NCBI GenBank assembly: GCA_002269645.1
Contig: NIVC01000025.1
Coordinates: 62,001-126,000 of the forward strand
DNA: 64,000 nt
Reading direction: 5' to 3'
Source of the DNA: Macrostomum lignano
Lineage: Eukaryota
This document shows positions 23,337 to 36,084 of this stretch, in pieces. Positions within the stretch are counted from its first letter, which is position 1. Every line of letters starts with the position of its first letter. Under the pieces are notes generated by a model, which saw only the letters and a program-made list of their open reading frames with translations, did no database searches and had not been told where the DNA came from. The translations under genes were made by a program, and so were the position numbers.

Positions 23337-24068
23337 TCACTCACTCACTGTGCCATTTACTGTCTCACTCGCTGTCTCACTCACTGTCTCACTCGCTGTC
23401 TCACTCACTGTCTCACTCGCTGTCTCACTCACTGTCTCACTCACTGTCTCACTCACTGTCTGACTCAATGTCTCACTCACTGTCTGACTCACTGTCTCAC
23501 TCACTGTCTCACTCACTGTCTGACTCACTGTCTCACTCACTGTCTCACTCACTGTCTCACTCACTGTCTGACTCAATGTCTCACTCACTGTCTGACTCAC
23601 TGTCTCACTCACTGTCTCACTCACTGTCTGACTCACTGTCTCACTCACTGTCTCACTCACTGTCTCACTCACTGTCTCACTCACTGTCTCACTCACTGTC
23701 TCACTCACTGTCTCACTCACTGTCTCACTCACTGTCTGACTCACTGTCTCACTCACTGTCTTACTCACTGTCTCACTCACTGTCTCACTCACTGTCTCAC
23801 TCACTGTCTCACTCACTGTCTCACTCACTGTCTGACTCACTGTCTCACTCACTGTCTTACTCACTGTCTCACTCACTGTCTCACTCACTGTCTCACTCAC
23901 TGTCTCACTCACTGTCTTATTCACTGTCTCACTCACTGTCTCACTCACTGTCTGACTCAATGTCTCACTCACTGTCTCACTCACTGTTTGACTCAATGTC
24001 TCACTCACTGTCTGACTCACTGTCTCATTCACTGTCTCACTCACTGTATCACTCGCTGTCTCACTCTC
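23337..24068. repeat. 12-bp minisatellite, about 60 copies
   Basis: TCTCACTCACTG. Confidence 0.95.
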
Positions 24069-24445
24069 TGACCCTAACTATTTTATCAGATTTTTTGCAT
24101 CAGACGCAGCCGCCCGTTATGCAGTTAAACAGAAAAAAACTTTACGCGTAGAAATTTGTCAGCCAGCATCCCAGCTGACTCCCGCGATTCGCAAGTTGTT
24201 TTGCACTGAAATCTGCGGGCAATGCGGAGACAAACTCCAGTGGCCGCACACACTGCGGCTGTGTGACAGGAAATGCCTGCACAGATGATTGAACTGACTG
24301 ATTACAACCAGAGCTGTTTACACAAACATGCTTGATGAACTGGACATGCATAAATACAGGGTTTAAAAACACGCGCAAGCTAGCTAGAATAAATTGCTAG
24401 TTTTGAAGTTTTGAAGGCTAATAGCAGTAAGCTAATCTTAGAGTC

Positions 24446-27400
24446 ATGCTGCGAATGTTGACATTGGCTGTGCTGCTGTTGCAGTTCTTGCGGCTGCTGC
24501 GCTTCACTGAGGCGTCAATTAACATCCTAGATGACGTGAGTTCGATATTGAAATTTTTCGATTAGAGTAACTCTGTAGAGACTGCGTGTCATGCTAGTAA
24601 CTGCGCTATTTTCATTCCTATCGTTCAGGGGTCAACTAGATTTTTAACCCCCCCCCCCCAGATAGAGAACCTAGCACATGGCCTGCAAGAGGAGGGGAGA
24701 GAAGAGAGGAGAGGAGAGAAGAGAGGAGAGGAGAGAAGTAGATAAGGGGAGGGAGACGAGAGGAGAGCAGACAGGAGTGAGAGAAGAGAAGGGCCGAGAG
24801 AGTAGAGAGGAGAGAGTCGAGAGCTGAAAAAAGCACCAACCATCCCTAAGTTGTCATAAATTTGTGATTGCAATTCAGAACTGAATTAATAGAAGCCAAA
24901 ATAATTTCTCAGGCTCAGACCCAGCCCGGCCGCGGAATCATAACTCTATCGCTGGCGAATCTCTCCAATCCCATTGGAGTTTCGTCTTTCACTGGCCTTC
25001 GGTGCGACCAGCGGACTGACTGCGACCCCTACTTCACCGTCACTCTTACCGATGACAGCAGAGAGTGAGCAGTTTTGAACTCTTAATAAGTTTAGTCTGT
25101 GAGGGAGGAATGCATTTGTTGGGCCAGGTACTTCAGTACTAAATCAAGTGAGGCTGATGGATACACTTTTTCAATCATAGTGGATATCCAGGTGGGGACA
25201 TCTAGGTTAGGGCAGGTGGGGATATCAGGTTGTAGGGACAGGTGGGGATATCAGGTTGTAGGGACAGGTGGGGATATCCAGGTAGAAGGGACAGGTGGGG
25301 ATATCCAGGTAGTATGGACAGGTAGGGATATCCAGGTAGTAGGGACAGGTGGGGATATCCAGGTAGAAGGGACAGGTGGGGATATCCAGGTAGAAGGGAC
25401 AGGTGGGGATATCCAGGTAGAAGGGACAGGTGGGGATATCCAGGTAGAAGGGACAGGTGGGGATATCCAGGTAGAAGGGACAGGTGGGGATATCCAGGTA
25501 GAAGGGACAGGTGGGGATATCCAGGTAGAAGGGACAGGTGGGGATATCCAGGTAGAAGGGACAGGTGGGGATATCCAGGTTGTAGGGACAGGTGGGGATA
25601 TCCAGGTAGAAGGGACAGGTGGGGATATCCAGGTAGAAGGGACAGGTGGGGATATCCAGGTAGAAGGGACAGGTGGGGATATCCAGGTAGAAGGGACAGG
25701 TGGGGATATCCAGGTAGTAGGGACAGGTGGGGATAGCCAGGTAGTAGGGACAGGTGGGGATATCCAGGTAGAAGGGACAGGTGGGGATATCCAGGTAGAA
25801 GGGACAGGTGGGGATATCCAGGTAGTAGGGACAGGTGGGGATATCCAGGTAGAAGGGACAGGTGGGGATATCCAGGTAGAAGGGACAGGTGGGGATATCC
25901 AGGTAGAAGGGACAGGTGGGGATATCCAGGTAGAAGGGACAGGTGGGGATATCCAGGTAGAAGGGACAGGTGGGGATATCCAGGTAGAAGGGACAGGTGG
26001 GGATATCCAGGTAGAAGGGACAGGTGGGGATATCCAGGTAGAAGGGACAGGTGGGGATATCCAGGTTGTAGGGACAGGTGGGGATATCCAGGTAGAAGGG
26101 ACAGGTGGGGATATCCAGGTAGAAGGGACAGGTGGGGATATCCAGGTAGAAGGGACAGGTGGGGATATCCAGGTAGAAGGGACAGGTGGGGATATCCAGG
26201 TAGTAGGGACAGGTGGGGATAGCCAGGTAGTAGGGACAGGTGGGGATATCCAGGTAGAAGGGACAGGTGGGGATATCCAGGTAGAAGGGACAGGTGGGGA
26301 TATCCAGGTAGAAGGGACAGGTGGGGATATCCAGGTAGAAGGGACAGGTGGGGATATCAGGTTGTAGGGACAGGTGGGGATATCCAGGTAGTAGGGACAG
26401 GTGGGGATAGCCAGGTAGTAGGGACAGGTGGGGATATCCAGGTAGAAGGGACAGGTGGGGATATCCAGGTAGAAGGGACAGGTGGGGATATCAGGTTGTA
26501 GGGACAGGTGGGGATATCCAGGTAGAAGGGACAGGTGGGGATAGCCAGGTAGAAGGGACAGGTGGGGATATCCAGGTAGAAGGGACAGGTGGGGATATCC
26601 AGGTAGAAGGGACAGGTGGGGATATCCAGGTGGATGGGGCAGGTGGGGGGGCAGTTGGGTTTGTCGTTCAGAATCTCTTGATTACCTTAATTAACCCAGT
26701 AATAAAAATCCCTTTGCCCGCACCCCAGAGAGCTAATCTACGCTCGAACCGGGGTGTGGCGAAATCAGAACAGCCTGATGTTTGAGGTGTTCCGTCAGTC
26801 AGTTTCGCTAAACGGATCTCTGCCTGTAAGCGGAACGTTTAGGTTTTTTTATTGGTAAAAATTTTCCCTAGAAGTTTCACAAGTAGATTTCATAAATCAG
26901 CGGTTTTTTTTAAATTTTAAATTTCAGTCGAAAGTGTACCTGAAAGTTTATACCATGGACAAGCACATGCCTGACGATCAGATCATCGCAGAGTTCGATG
27001 CTAAGTTTCAGTTGAACCAACCCGACAGGCCCGACAAGGTGCAACTGTTCAGCACTCCAAGAAATAAATACGTCAGGTGATGGACTGCTGGACTCATTTT
27101 GGGATGCTTATTCATGGATGCTTGCGATCTGACACACTTGTGATCTGACACACTTGCGATCTGACACACTTGCGATCTGACACACTTGCGATCTGACACA
27201 CTTGTGATCTGACACGCTTGTGATCTGACACACTTGTGATCTGACACACTTGTGATCTGACACACTTGTGATCTCACACACTTGTGATCTGACATACTTG
27301 TGACTTGTGATCTGACACACTTGTGATCTGACACACTTGCGATCTGACACACTTGTGATCTGACATACTTGTGACTTGTGATCTGACACGCTTGTGATCT

Positions 27401-30400
27401 GACACACTTGTGATCTGACACGCTTGTGATCTGACACACTTGTGATCTGACACGCTTGTGATCTGACATACTTGTGATCTGACACGCTTGTGATCTGACA
27501 CACTTGTGATCTGACACACTTGTGATCTGACACACTTGTGATCTGACACACTTGTGATCTGACACACTTGTGATCTGACACGCTTGTGATCTGACACACT
27601 TGTGATCTGACACGCTTGTGATCTGACATACTTGTGATCTGACACACTTGCGATCTCACACACTTGTGATCTCACACACTTGTGATCTGACATACTTGTG
27701 ACTTGTGATCTGACACACTTGTGATCTGACACACTTGTGATCTGACACACTTGTGATCTGACACACTTGTGATCTGACACACTTGCGATCTGACACACTT
27801 GCGATCTGACACACTTGTGATCTCACACACTTCTGATCTCACACACTTGCGATCTGACACACTTGTGATCTGACACACTTGTGATCTGACACACTTGTGA
27901 TCTGACACACTTGTGATCTCACACACTTCCGATCTGACACACTTGCGATCTGACACACTTGTGATCTGACACACTTGTGATCTGACACACTTGTGATCTC
28001 ACACACTTCCGATCTGACATACTTGCGATCTGACACACTTGTGATCTGACACACTTGTGATCTGACACACTTGTGATCTCACACACTTGTGATCTGACAC
28101 ACTTGTGATCTGACATACTTGTGACTTGTGATCTGACACACTTGTGATCTGACACACTTGTGATCTGACACACTTGTGATCTGACACACTTGTGATCTGA
28201 CACACTTGCGATCTGACACACTTGCGATCTGACACACTTGTGATCTCACACACTTCTGATCTCACACACTTGCGATCTGACACACTTGTGATCTGACACA
28301 CTTCCGATCTGACACACTTGTGATCTGACACACTTGTGATCTCACACACTTCCGATCTGACACACTTGCGATCTGACACACTTGTGATCTGACACACTTG
28401 TGATCTGACACACTTGTGATCTCACACACTTCCGATCTGACACACTTGCGATCTGACACACTTGTGATCTGACACACTTGTGATCTGACACACTTGTGAT
28501 CTCACACACTTCCGATCTGACATACTTGCGATCTGACACACTTGTGATCTGACACACTTGTGATCTGACACACTTGCGATCTGACACACTTGCGATCTGA
28601 CAGTTTAGTCACAGTTACAGTTGCAGACTTGTTCAATTTTGTTCACTTTTTGGTTTCGTTAACATTTCAGTTTGATAGCAAAGGTGGCGGTCACTTGCTC
28701 GCAGTTCTATTATGGGCCCACCTGCTCAGAGTTCTGTCGCAACGCCTCCATCCTGACTACCTGCCGGCCTGACGGCAGCCTGGTCTGTCTGGACGGTGAG
28801 TCAGGGACCGCGGATGAGTGTCACTGTGACACCCCAATTCTGGTCTCTGTGACAGCCCAATTCTGGTCTCTGTGACACCCCAATTCTGGTCTCTGTGACA
28901 CCCCAATCTGGTCACTCTGACAGCCCAATTCTGGTCTCTGTGACACCCCAATTCTGGTCACTCTGACAGCCCAATTCTGGTCACTGTGACACCCCAATTC
29001 TGGTCACTCTGACAGCCCAATTCTGGTCACTGTGACACCCCAATTCTGGTCACTGTGACACTCCAATTCTGGTCACTGTGACACCCCAATTCTGGTCTCT
29101 GTGACACCCCAATTCTGGTCTCTGTGACAGCCCAATTCTGGTCACAGTGACAGCCCAATTCTGGTCACTGTGACACCCCAATCTGGTCACTGTGACACCC
29201 CAATTCTGGTCTCTGTGACAGCCCAATTCTGGTCTCTGTGACACCCCAATTCTGGTCTCTGTGACAGCCCAATTCTGGTCACAGTGACAGCCCAATTCTG
29301 GTCACTGTGACACCCCAATCTGGTCACTGTGACACCCCAATTCTGGTCTCTGTGACACCCCAATTCTGGTCTCTGTGACACCCCAATTCTGGTCTCTGTG
29401 ACAGCCCAATTCTGGTCACTGTGACACCCCAATTCTGGTCACTGTGACACCCCAATTCTGGTCACTGTGACACCCCAATGCTGGTCACATTAACACTGAC
29501 TTAACCTCCCTTATCTTATCAGAAGACCTAATTAGCCTAGCGCACCATAGCGGAGCAGCTTTGCATCACATGATATTTATTTCAGTTAAGAAATTCACAG
29601 CAAAAATATTGTTATGAAGGGCAGCACTTGAAACATGCAGAGAGTCAACACCGGAAGCATAAATTGCTAGCATTTGTTTAAAATAGGCACCCAGTTTAGT
29701 TCGAGTCTGACAATAACAGCTAGGGGGGGGGGTAGCGGTGTCATGTGGCTTCTTGCTTTTGCGTGTAAATACGGGCCTATTTTTCCCCAGCGGCCCCTGG
29801 ATATCTAGGGGTCTCATGAGGCACAGATCGAGCCTGCTGGCACCTTGATAGACAGATTTGCAGCTGACCTTAGAAACCATAATCAATTGTCTGTCAGTGA
29901 CGTGCAGGTAAACTGATATTCTGTTGCAATTGAGCGTGCAGTATAGATGCAGGAGACCACTCTCTGTTATTGGTTACAGGCTCCATGGACTGCCTGCGAA
30001 CGCCTGTACGGGAGGCCAAATCTGTGTCAACCACTGCTGAACGAATTGAAGTGCCCGTAAGCCTTTGAGTCTTCTCCTTGCTCGGGATTTCTGTCTGTTC
30101 TTCTTTCTGCTTTCATCTCTTGTCTCTCATCTCTTTTGCCTTTCAAGTCTCTTAAACCAACTCTTAAACAAGTCTCTCGAATCTCATCTCTCATGTCTCT
30201 CTTGAATCTCATCTCTCATGTCTCTCTTGAATCTCATCTCTCATGTCTCTCTTGAATCTCATCTCTCATGTCTCTCTCAAATCTCATCTCTCATGTCTCT
30301 CTTGAATCTCATCTCTCATGTCTCTCTTGAATCTCATCTCTCATGTCTCTCTTGAATCTCGTCTCTCTTGAATCTCATCTCTCATGTCTCTCTTGAATCT

Positions 30401-33400
30401 CATCTCTCATGTCTCTCTTGAATCTCATCTCTCATGTCTCTCTCGAATCTCATCTCTCATGTATCTCTCAAATCTCATCTCTCATGTCTCTCTTGAATCT
30501 CATCTCTCATGTCTCTCTTGAATCTCATCTCTCATGTCTCTCTTGAATCTCATCTCTCATGTCTCTCTCGAATCTCATCTCTCATGTCTCTCTTGAATCT
30601 CATCTCTCATGTCTCTCTTGAATCTCATCTCTCATGTCTCTCTCAAATCTCATTTATCATGTCTCTCTCGAATCTCATCTCTCATGTCTCTCTTGAATCT
30701 CATCTCTCATGTCTCTCTTGAATCTCATCTCTCATGTCTCTCTTGAATCTCATCTCTCATGTATCTCTCAAATCTCATCTCTCATGTCTCTCTTGAATCT
30801 CATCTCTCATGTCTCTCTTGAATCTCATCTCTCATGTCTCTCTTGAATCTCATCTCTCATGTCTCTCTTGAATCTCATCTCTCATGTCTCTCTCGAATCT
30901 CATCTCTCATGTCTCTCTTGAATCTCATCTCTCATGTCTCTCTTGAATCTCATCTCTCATGTCTCTCTCAAATCTCATTTATCATGTCTCTCTCGAATCT
31001 CATCTCTCATGTCTCTCTTGAATCTCATCTCTCATGTCTCTCTTGAATCTCATCTCTCATGTCTCTCTTGAATCTCATCTCTCATGTATCTCTCAAATCT
31101 CATCTCTCATGTCTCTCTTGAATCTCATCTCTCATGTCTCTCTTGAATCTCATCTCTCATGTCTCTCTTGAATCTCATCTCTCATGTCTCTCTTGAATCT
31201 CATCTCTCATGTCTCTCTTGAATCTCATCTCTCATGTCTCTCTTGAATCTCATCTCTCATGTCTCTCTTGAATCTCATCTCTCATGTCTCTCTTGAATCT
31301 CATCTCTCATGTCTCTCTCAAATCTCATCTCTCATGTTTCTCTTGAATCTCATCTCTCATGTCTCTCTTGAATCTCATCTCTCATGTCTCTCTTGAATCT
31401 CGTCTCTCTTGAATCTCATCTCTCATGTCTCTCTTGAATCTCATCTCTCATGTCTCTCTTGAATCTCATCTCTCATGTCTCTCTCGAATCTCATCTCTCA
31501 TGTATCTCTCAAATCTCATCTCTCATGTCTCTCTTGAATCTCATCTCTCATGTCTCTCTTGAATCTCATCTCTCATGTCTCTCTTGAATCTCATCTCTCA
31601 TGTCTCTCTCGAATCTCATCTCTCATGTCTCTCTTGAATCTCATCTCTCATGTCTCTCTTGAATCTCATCTCTCATGTCTCTCTCAAATCTCATTTATCA
31701 TGTCTCTCTCGAATCTCATCTCTCATGTCTCTCTTGAATCTCATCTCTCATGTCTCTCTTGAATCTCATCTCTCATGTCTCTCTTGAATCTCATCTCTCA
31801 TGTCTCTCTCAAATCTCATTTATCATGTCTCTCTCGAATCTCATCTCTCATGTCTCTCTTGAATCTCATCTCTCATGTCTCTCTCGAATCTCATCTCTCA
31901 AATCTCATCTCTCATGTCTCTCGAATCTCATCTCTCAATTCTCTCGAATCTCATCTCTCTTGTCGCTTGAATCTCGTCGCTCATGTCTTTCAAATCTCAT
32001 GTTGTTTCTCCTGAATCTCATTTATTAACTTTTTTCTTTATTATCTTTGATAATCTTACAGAAATTATTAATGATGAACCCATTGCCCATTCGCGCAGAG
32101 AACTCTGGTCTACTGGGTCATCCCTGGCGTGTGTTTCGGCCTGCTGCTCATAGTGCTGATGGGGCTGTTAGTGAGGCTGCTCAGAGCTCAATCGGACAAG
32201 ATTATTGTGTGAGTTGTGGCGGCATTGGCAAATTCTGTGATCAGCAGATTACTAAAGGGCAAAGGCTTTTCTTCCATCGAGTGCCGAGAGTAGAGAATAG
32301 AGCTGAGAGTAGAGAGTAGAGAATATAGCTGAGAGTAGAGGATAGAGAACAGAGCTGAGAGTAGAGGATAGAGAACAGAGCTGAGAGTAGAGAGTAGAGA
32401 ATAGAGCTGAGAGTAGAGGATAGAGAATAGAGCTGAGAGTAGAGAGTAGAGAATAGAGCTGAGAGTAGAGAGTAGAGAATAGAGCTGAGAGTAGAGAGTA
32501 GAGAATAGAGCTGAGAGTAGAGAGTAGAGAATAGAGCTGAGAGTAGAGGAGAGAGAATAGAGCTGAGAGTAGAGGATAGAGAATAGAGCTGAGAATAGAG
32601 AGTAGAGAATAGAGCTGAGAATAGAGGAGAGAGAATAGAGCTGAGAATAGAGGATAGAGAATAGAGCTGAGAGTAGAGGAGAGAGAATAGAGCTGAGAGT
32701 AGAGAGTAGAGAATAGAGCTGAGAGTAGAGAGTAGAGAATATAGCTGAGAGTAGAGAGTAGAGAACAGAGCTGAGAGTAGAGGATAGAGAATAGAGCTGA
32801 GAGTAGAGGATAGAGAATAGAGCTGAGAGTAGAGAGCAGAGAATAGAGCTGAGAGTAGAGAGTAGAGAATAGAGCTGAGAGTAGAGGATAGAGAATAGAG
32901 CTGAGAGTAGAGGATAGAGAATAGAGCTGAGAGTAGAGAACAGAGAATAGAGCTGAGAGTAGAGAACAGAGAATAGAGCTGAGAGTAGAGAATAGAGAAT
33001 AGAGCTGAGAGTAGAGGATAGAGAACAGAGCTGAGAGTAGAGGATAGAGAATAGAGCTGAGAGTAGAGGATAGAGAATAGAGCTGAGAGTAGAGGATAGA
33101 GAATAGAGCTGAGAGTAGAGGATAGAGAATAGAGCTGAGAGTAGAGAGTAGAGAATAGAGCTGAGAGTAGAGAATAGAGAATAGAGCTGAGAGTAGAGGA
33201 TAGAGAATAGAGCTGAGAGTAGAGAACAGAGAATAGAGCTGAGAGTAGAGAACAGAGAATAGAGCTGAGAGTAGAGAGTAGAGAATAGAGCTGAGAGTAG
33301 AGAACAGAGAATAGAGCTGAGAGTAGAGAGTAGAGAATAGAGCTGAGAGTAGAGTAGAGATATAGAATAGATCTGAGAATAGAAAATGGAGAATGGAGCT

Positions 33401-34032
33401 CGGAGTAGAGATCGAGTAAATAATAGAGTAGAATAGAGAATAGAGTAGAGTAGATAATTGAATAGAGAGTAGAGAGTAGAGAATAGAGAATAGAGTAGAG
33501 TACAGTAGTGAATAAAGAATAGCTCGTAGAGTATAGAGAGTAGAGAGTAGAGAATGGAGGGTAGAGAGTAGAGAATGGAGAGTAGAGAGTAGAGAGGAAG
33601 AATAGAGAATAGAGTAGAGAATGGAAACCCTTTCTGATCTGAATCCGCAGCACCTCCCCGGAGGCCGCTCTTGAGAGCGGCGCCGGCGACCCAGACGTCT
33701 TCGAGTCGTTCGAGCACCGCCAGCTGCCCGACAACATCGACGTCCTTCGCTCGCCGACTCTCCTGCTGGCTCCGGCGGACAACCAGCGCTTCCGCAACCC
33801 GGTCTACTCGGCTCTGCGCTCAAACGAAGCCGGCCGCTCAGCGTCGGTGACCACCCAATCCACCGCGGTGTCAACTTCGGTGGCCGCGTGCAGCAGCTCG
33901 GAGCTGGATCACGATGCTGCCGCTGGTGCAGCCGTCAGCGACACCGCGGAAGACGACGACGCCTATGACGAGCTGGAAGAGGTGCTGCACGGCCCAGCCC
34001 AGGTGCCTCGCCCGCTGCCTCCGACGCCGTGA
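24446..34032 (+). CDS. Delta/DSL-like type I membrane protein, 393 aa, 8 exons: 24446-24535, 24913-25064, 26729-26825, 26928-27076, 28671-28795, 29980-30056, 32099-32208, 33651-34032
   Basis: Signal peptide MLRMLTLAVLLLQFL; C2/MNNL-like region (LSNPIG...CD...CDPYF); DSL-like VTCSQFYYGPTCSEFCR...TCRPDGSLVCLDG; TM VYWVIPGVCFGLLLIVLMGLLV; tail with NPVY, YDEL, PRPLPPTP; all phases consistent (1182 nt). Confidence 0.8.
25190..26640. repeat. 27-bp G-rich minisatellite, about 50 copies (DSL gene intron 2)
   Basis: GGGACAGGTGGGGATATCCAGGTAGAA; source of the spurious GTGGDIQVE ORF. Confidence 0.96.
27115..28602. repeat. 16-bp minisatellite, about 90 copies (DSL gene intron 4)
   Basis: CTTGTGATCTGACACA. 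Confidence 0.96.
28815..29480. repeat. 23-bp minisatellite (DSL gene intron 5)
   Basis: GTGACACCCCAATTCTGGTCTCT. Confidence 0.95.
30170..31960. repeat. 25-bp pyrimidine-rich minisatellite with a 1041-bp higher-order duplication (DSL gene intron 6)
   Basis: GAATCTCATCTCTCATGTCTCTCTT; variant units recur 1041 bp apart. Confidence 0.95.
32290..33620. repeat. 26-bp purine-rich minisatellite (DSL gene intron 7)
   Basis: AGAGAATAGAGCTGAGAGTAGAGAGT; source of three spurious 500-aa minus-strand ORFs. Confidence 0.95.
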
Positions 34033-34241
34033 TCAGCTGAGAGATGGGAAGCTACATGCGCTGCACGCAATCGCCATCGCGGAAAACTGAATGCACATTG
34101 TGGTAACATGGGTTACCCTATGCCTGTACATTTGCTGTACATGTAAATGTACCTGTACCCATTAAAATCCGCACTTAATTACGTACATGTAGCAATAACT
34201 CTTTAGATCGTATATGTCACTAATTAAGAGTTGCAGGCTAG

Positions 34242-34914
34242 CAGGGGCGTAGCCAGAGGGGGGGCAAGGGGGGCCGTGGCCCCCCCCCAATCACCAACTC
34301 TGGCCTTCGCGCCCCCCCCCTAAAAGAAACTGGCGCCCCTATAAGAAACTGGCGCCTCCCACTAAAAGAAACTGGCGCCCACCTCCTAAAAGAAACTGGC
34401 GCCCCCCACTAAAAGAAACTGGCGCCCCCCCACTAAAAGAAACTGGCGCCCTCCTCCTATAAGAAACTGGCGCCCCCCTCCTAAAACTGGCGCCCCCCCC
34501 TCCTAAAACTGGCGCCCCCTAAAAAAACTGCCGCCCCCTAAAAAAACTGGCGCCCCCTAAAAAAACTGCCGCCCCCTAAAAAAAACTGGCGCCCCCCCTA
34601 AAAGAAACTGGCGCCCCCCTCCTAAAACTGGCGCCCTCCCCTCCTAAAACTGGCGCCCCCCCTCCTAAAACTGGCGCCCCCTAAAAAGCTGGCGCCCCCT
34701 AAAAAATCTGGCGCCATCCCCTCCTAAAAATTGCGCCCCCTAAAAGAAACTGGCGCCCCCCTAAAAGAAACTGGCGCCCTCCCTAAAAGAAACTGGCGCT
34801 CCCCCTATAAAAGAAGCTGGCGCCCCCCTATAAGAAGCTGGCGCCCCCCCTATAAGAAGCTGGCGCCCCCTAACTCACGGCCCCCCCCAATCAAAATTCC
34901 TGGCTACGCCCCTG
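34242..34914. mobile_element. hAT-family MITE, 673 bp, with an internal minisatellite
   Basis: Perfect TIR CAGGGGCGTAGCCAG / CTGGCTACGCCCCTG; perfect 8-bp TSD CAGGCTAG (34234-41, 34915-22); interior made of AAAAGAAACTGGCGCCCCCC units. Confidence 0.92.
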
Positions 34915-35843
34915 CAGGCTAGGTACATGTAAATAGATGCATGAAGTACATGTACATGTAGTACTAATTGTAAAACACATGCAGATCATGCAAAAAACGT
35001 TTGATAAGCATGCAGTCTATTCGTATTTTTGATTTTATAAATTTTCACATTTACATGTAAAAACTTCAACATTAAATTAGATAAGCTGAGTTGTAATTTC
35101 TCCTAGTCCTAGCGAACCTGAAGATGTTGCATTAAATCTCAACGACTTTCTCAATAACCTATGCGCCGCCTGCACACATGTACATTTAATGACGTCAAGA
35201 TAGACTTTTAAATAACTTTTTCCCCATAGAAATGTTACCGCAATTTTACTCAAATACAGTAAGACTTCATTTTCACATCGCTTGAGTAAAATATTACACT
35301 GCCCTATTTTATTGGAACTGACCCTCAATAGCACTTTTACAAAGCAAGCTAAATGGTAAATACACTGGTTGAATTGTCTTACTTGGAAAAAAAGATTTCA
35401 ACTATAAGTTGTGAAAGATTACCGTATTTTGTAGAATGAAAATTTCAGTTTATTTGTAGGGGAATTCATATGATTATGGCATGATTATTTCATATTACAT
35501 AGTTAGCTAAAGCAATTACTTAGTAACTTTGTGACAAACAATGATGACAAAAAGACAGATTAAAATCTTTTACAGTGGCAATAATTGGCTATGAGCGGTT
35601 TTCGTTATGAAAAAAATAGGTTCTTAACTTGTTCTTACTCGCCTACTGTTAGTAGGGAACTTAACATTTTGTTATATATTTTAGAAAATAGCCCTAAAAG
35701 TGACGTCATCATACAGCATATTAGCCGCAATCGCAGCCCAGACCGCCTAGCGCCAGCCTCTTTAAAGCGAATTGACTAGAAAACCGTTAGGCGTGCACAT
35801 CGCCACAGGCGGTTTCAGCCAACACAATCGGCTGCGTGCCACA

Positions 35844-35896
35844 GGCGCCATCATTGAAACGGCAAACCCTTTGCTGGCAGCGGCGTCATCAGCGCT
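35844..35896 (-). promoter_or_regulatory. Candidate SECIS element in the GPx 3' UTR (motif spacing only)
   Basis: Minus strand GCGCUG-AUGA-N13-AAA-N17-GAU-GGCGC: AUGA/AA/GA spacing and helix I fit, but helix II pairing could not be confirmed by eye. Confidence 0.3.
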
Positions 35897-36084
35897 TCAT
35901 ACAGAATGGCTTGGCGAGTAGGCGGCGGCGGAACTGCAAGAGCTGCTAGCTAACAATTTACTGCGTATGTTACATACTCGCGATTTACGATGTACACTAC
36001 TTATTTATCCAACAAATAGTTGCATAATAGGGAAATAGATTTAGAGGCTCAGAGACGGGAGGCTGGAGGTTGGGAAAGCCTTCT

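Noticed and set aside
23337-24151. SETV/SHSL repeat proteins
   Set aside because: 12-bp minisatellite, open on both strands, no start context
25099-26367. 422-aa GTGGDIQVE repeat protein
   Set aside because: Lies wholly within a phase-consistent intron of the DSL-like gene; it is open only because the 27-bp unit lacks a stop in that frame
32188-33874. Three 500-aa minus-strand Leu/Ser/Tyr ORFs
   Set aside because: Reverse reading of a purine-rich minisatellite; all three frames open with low-complexity output
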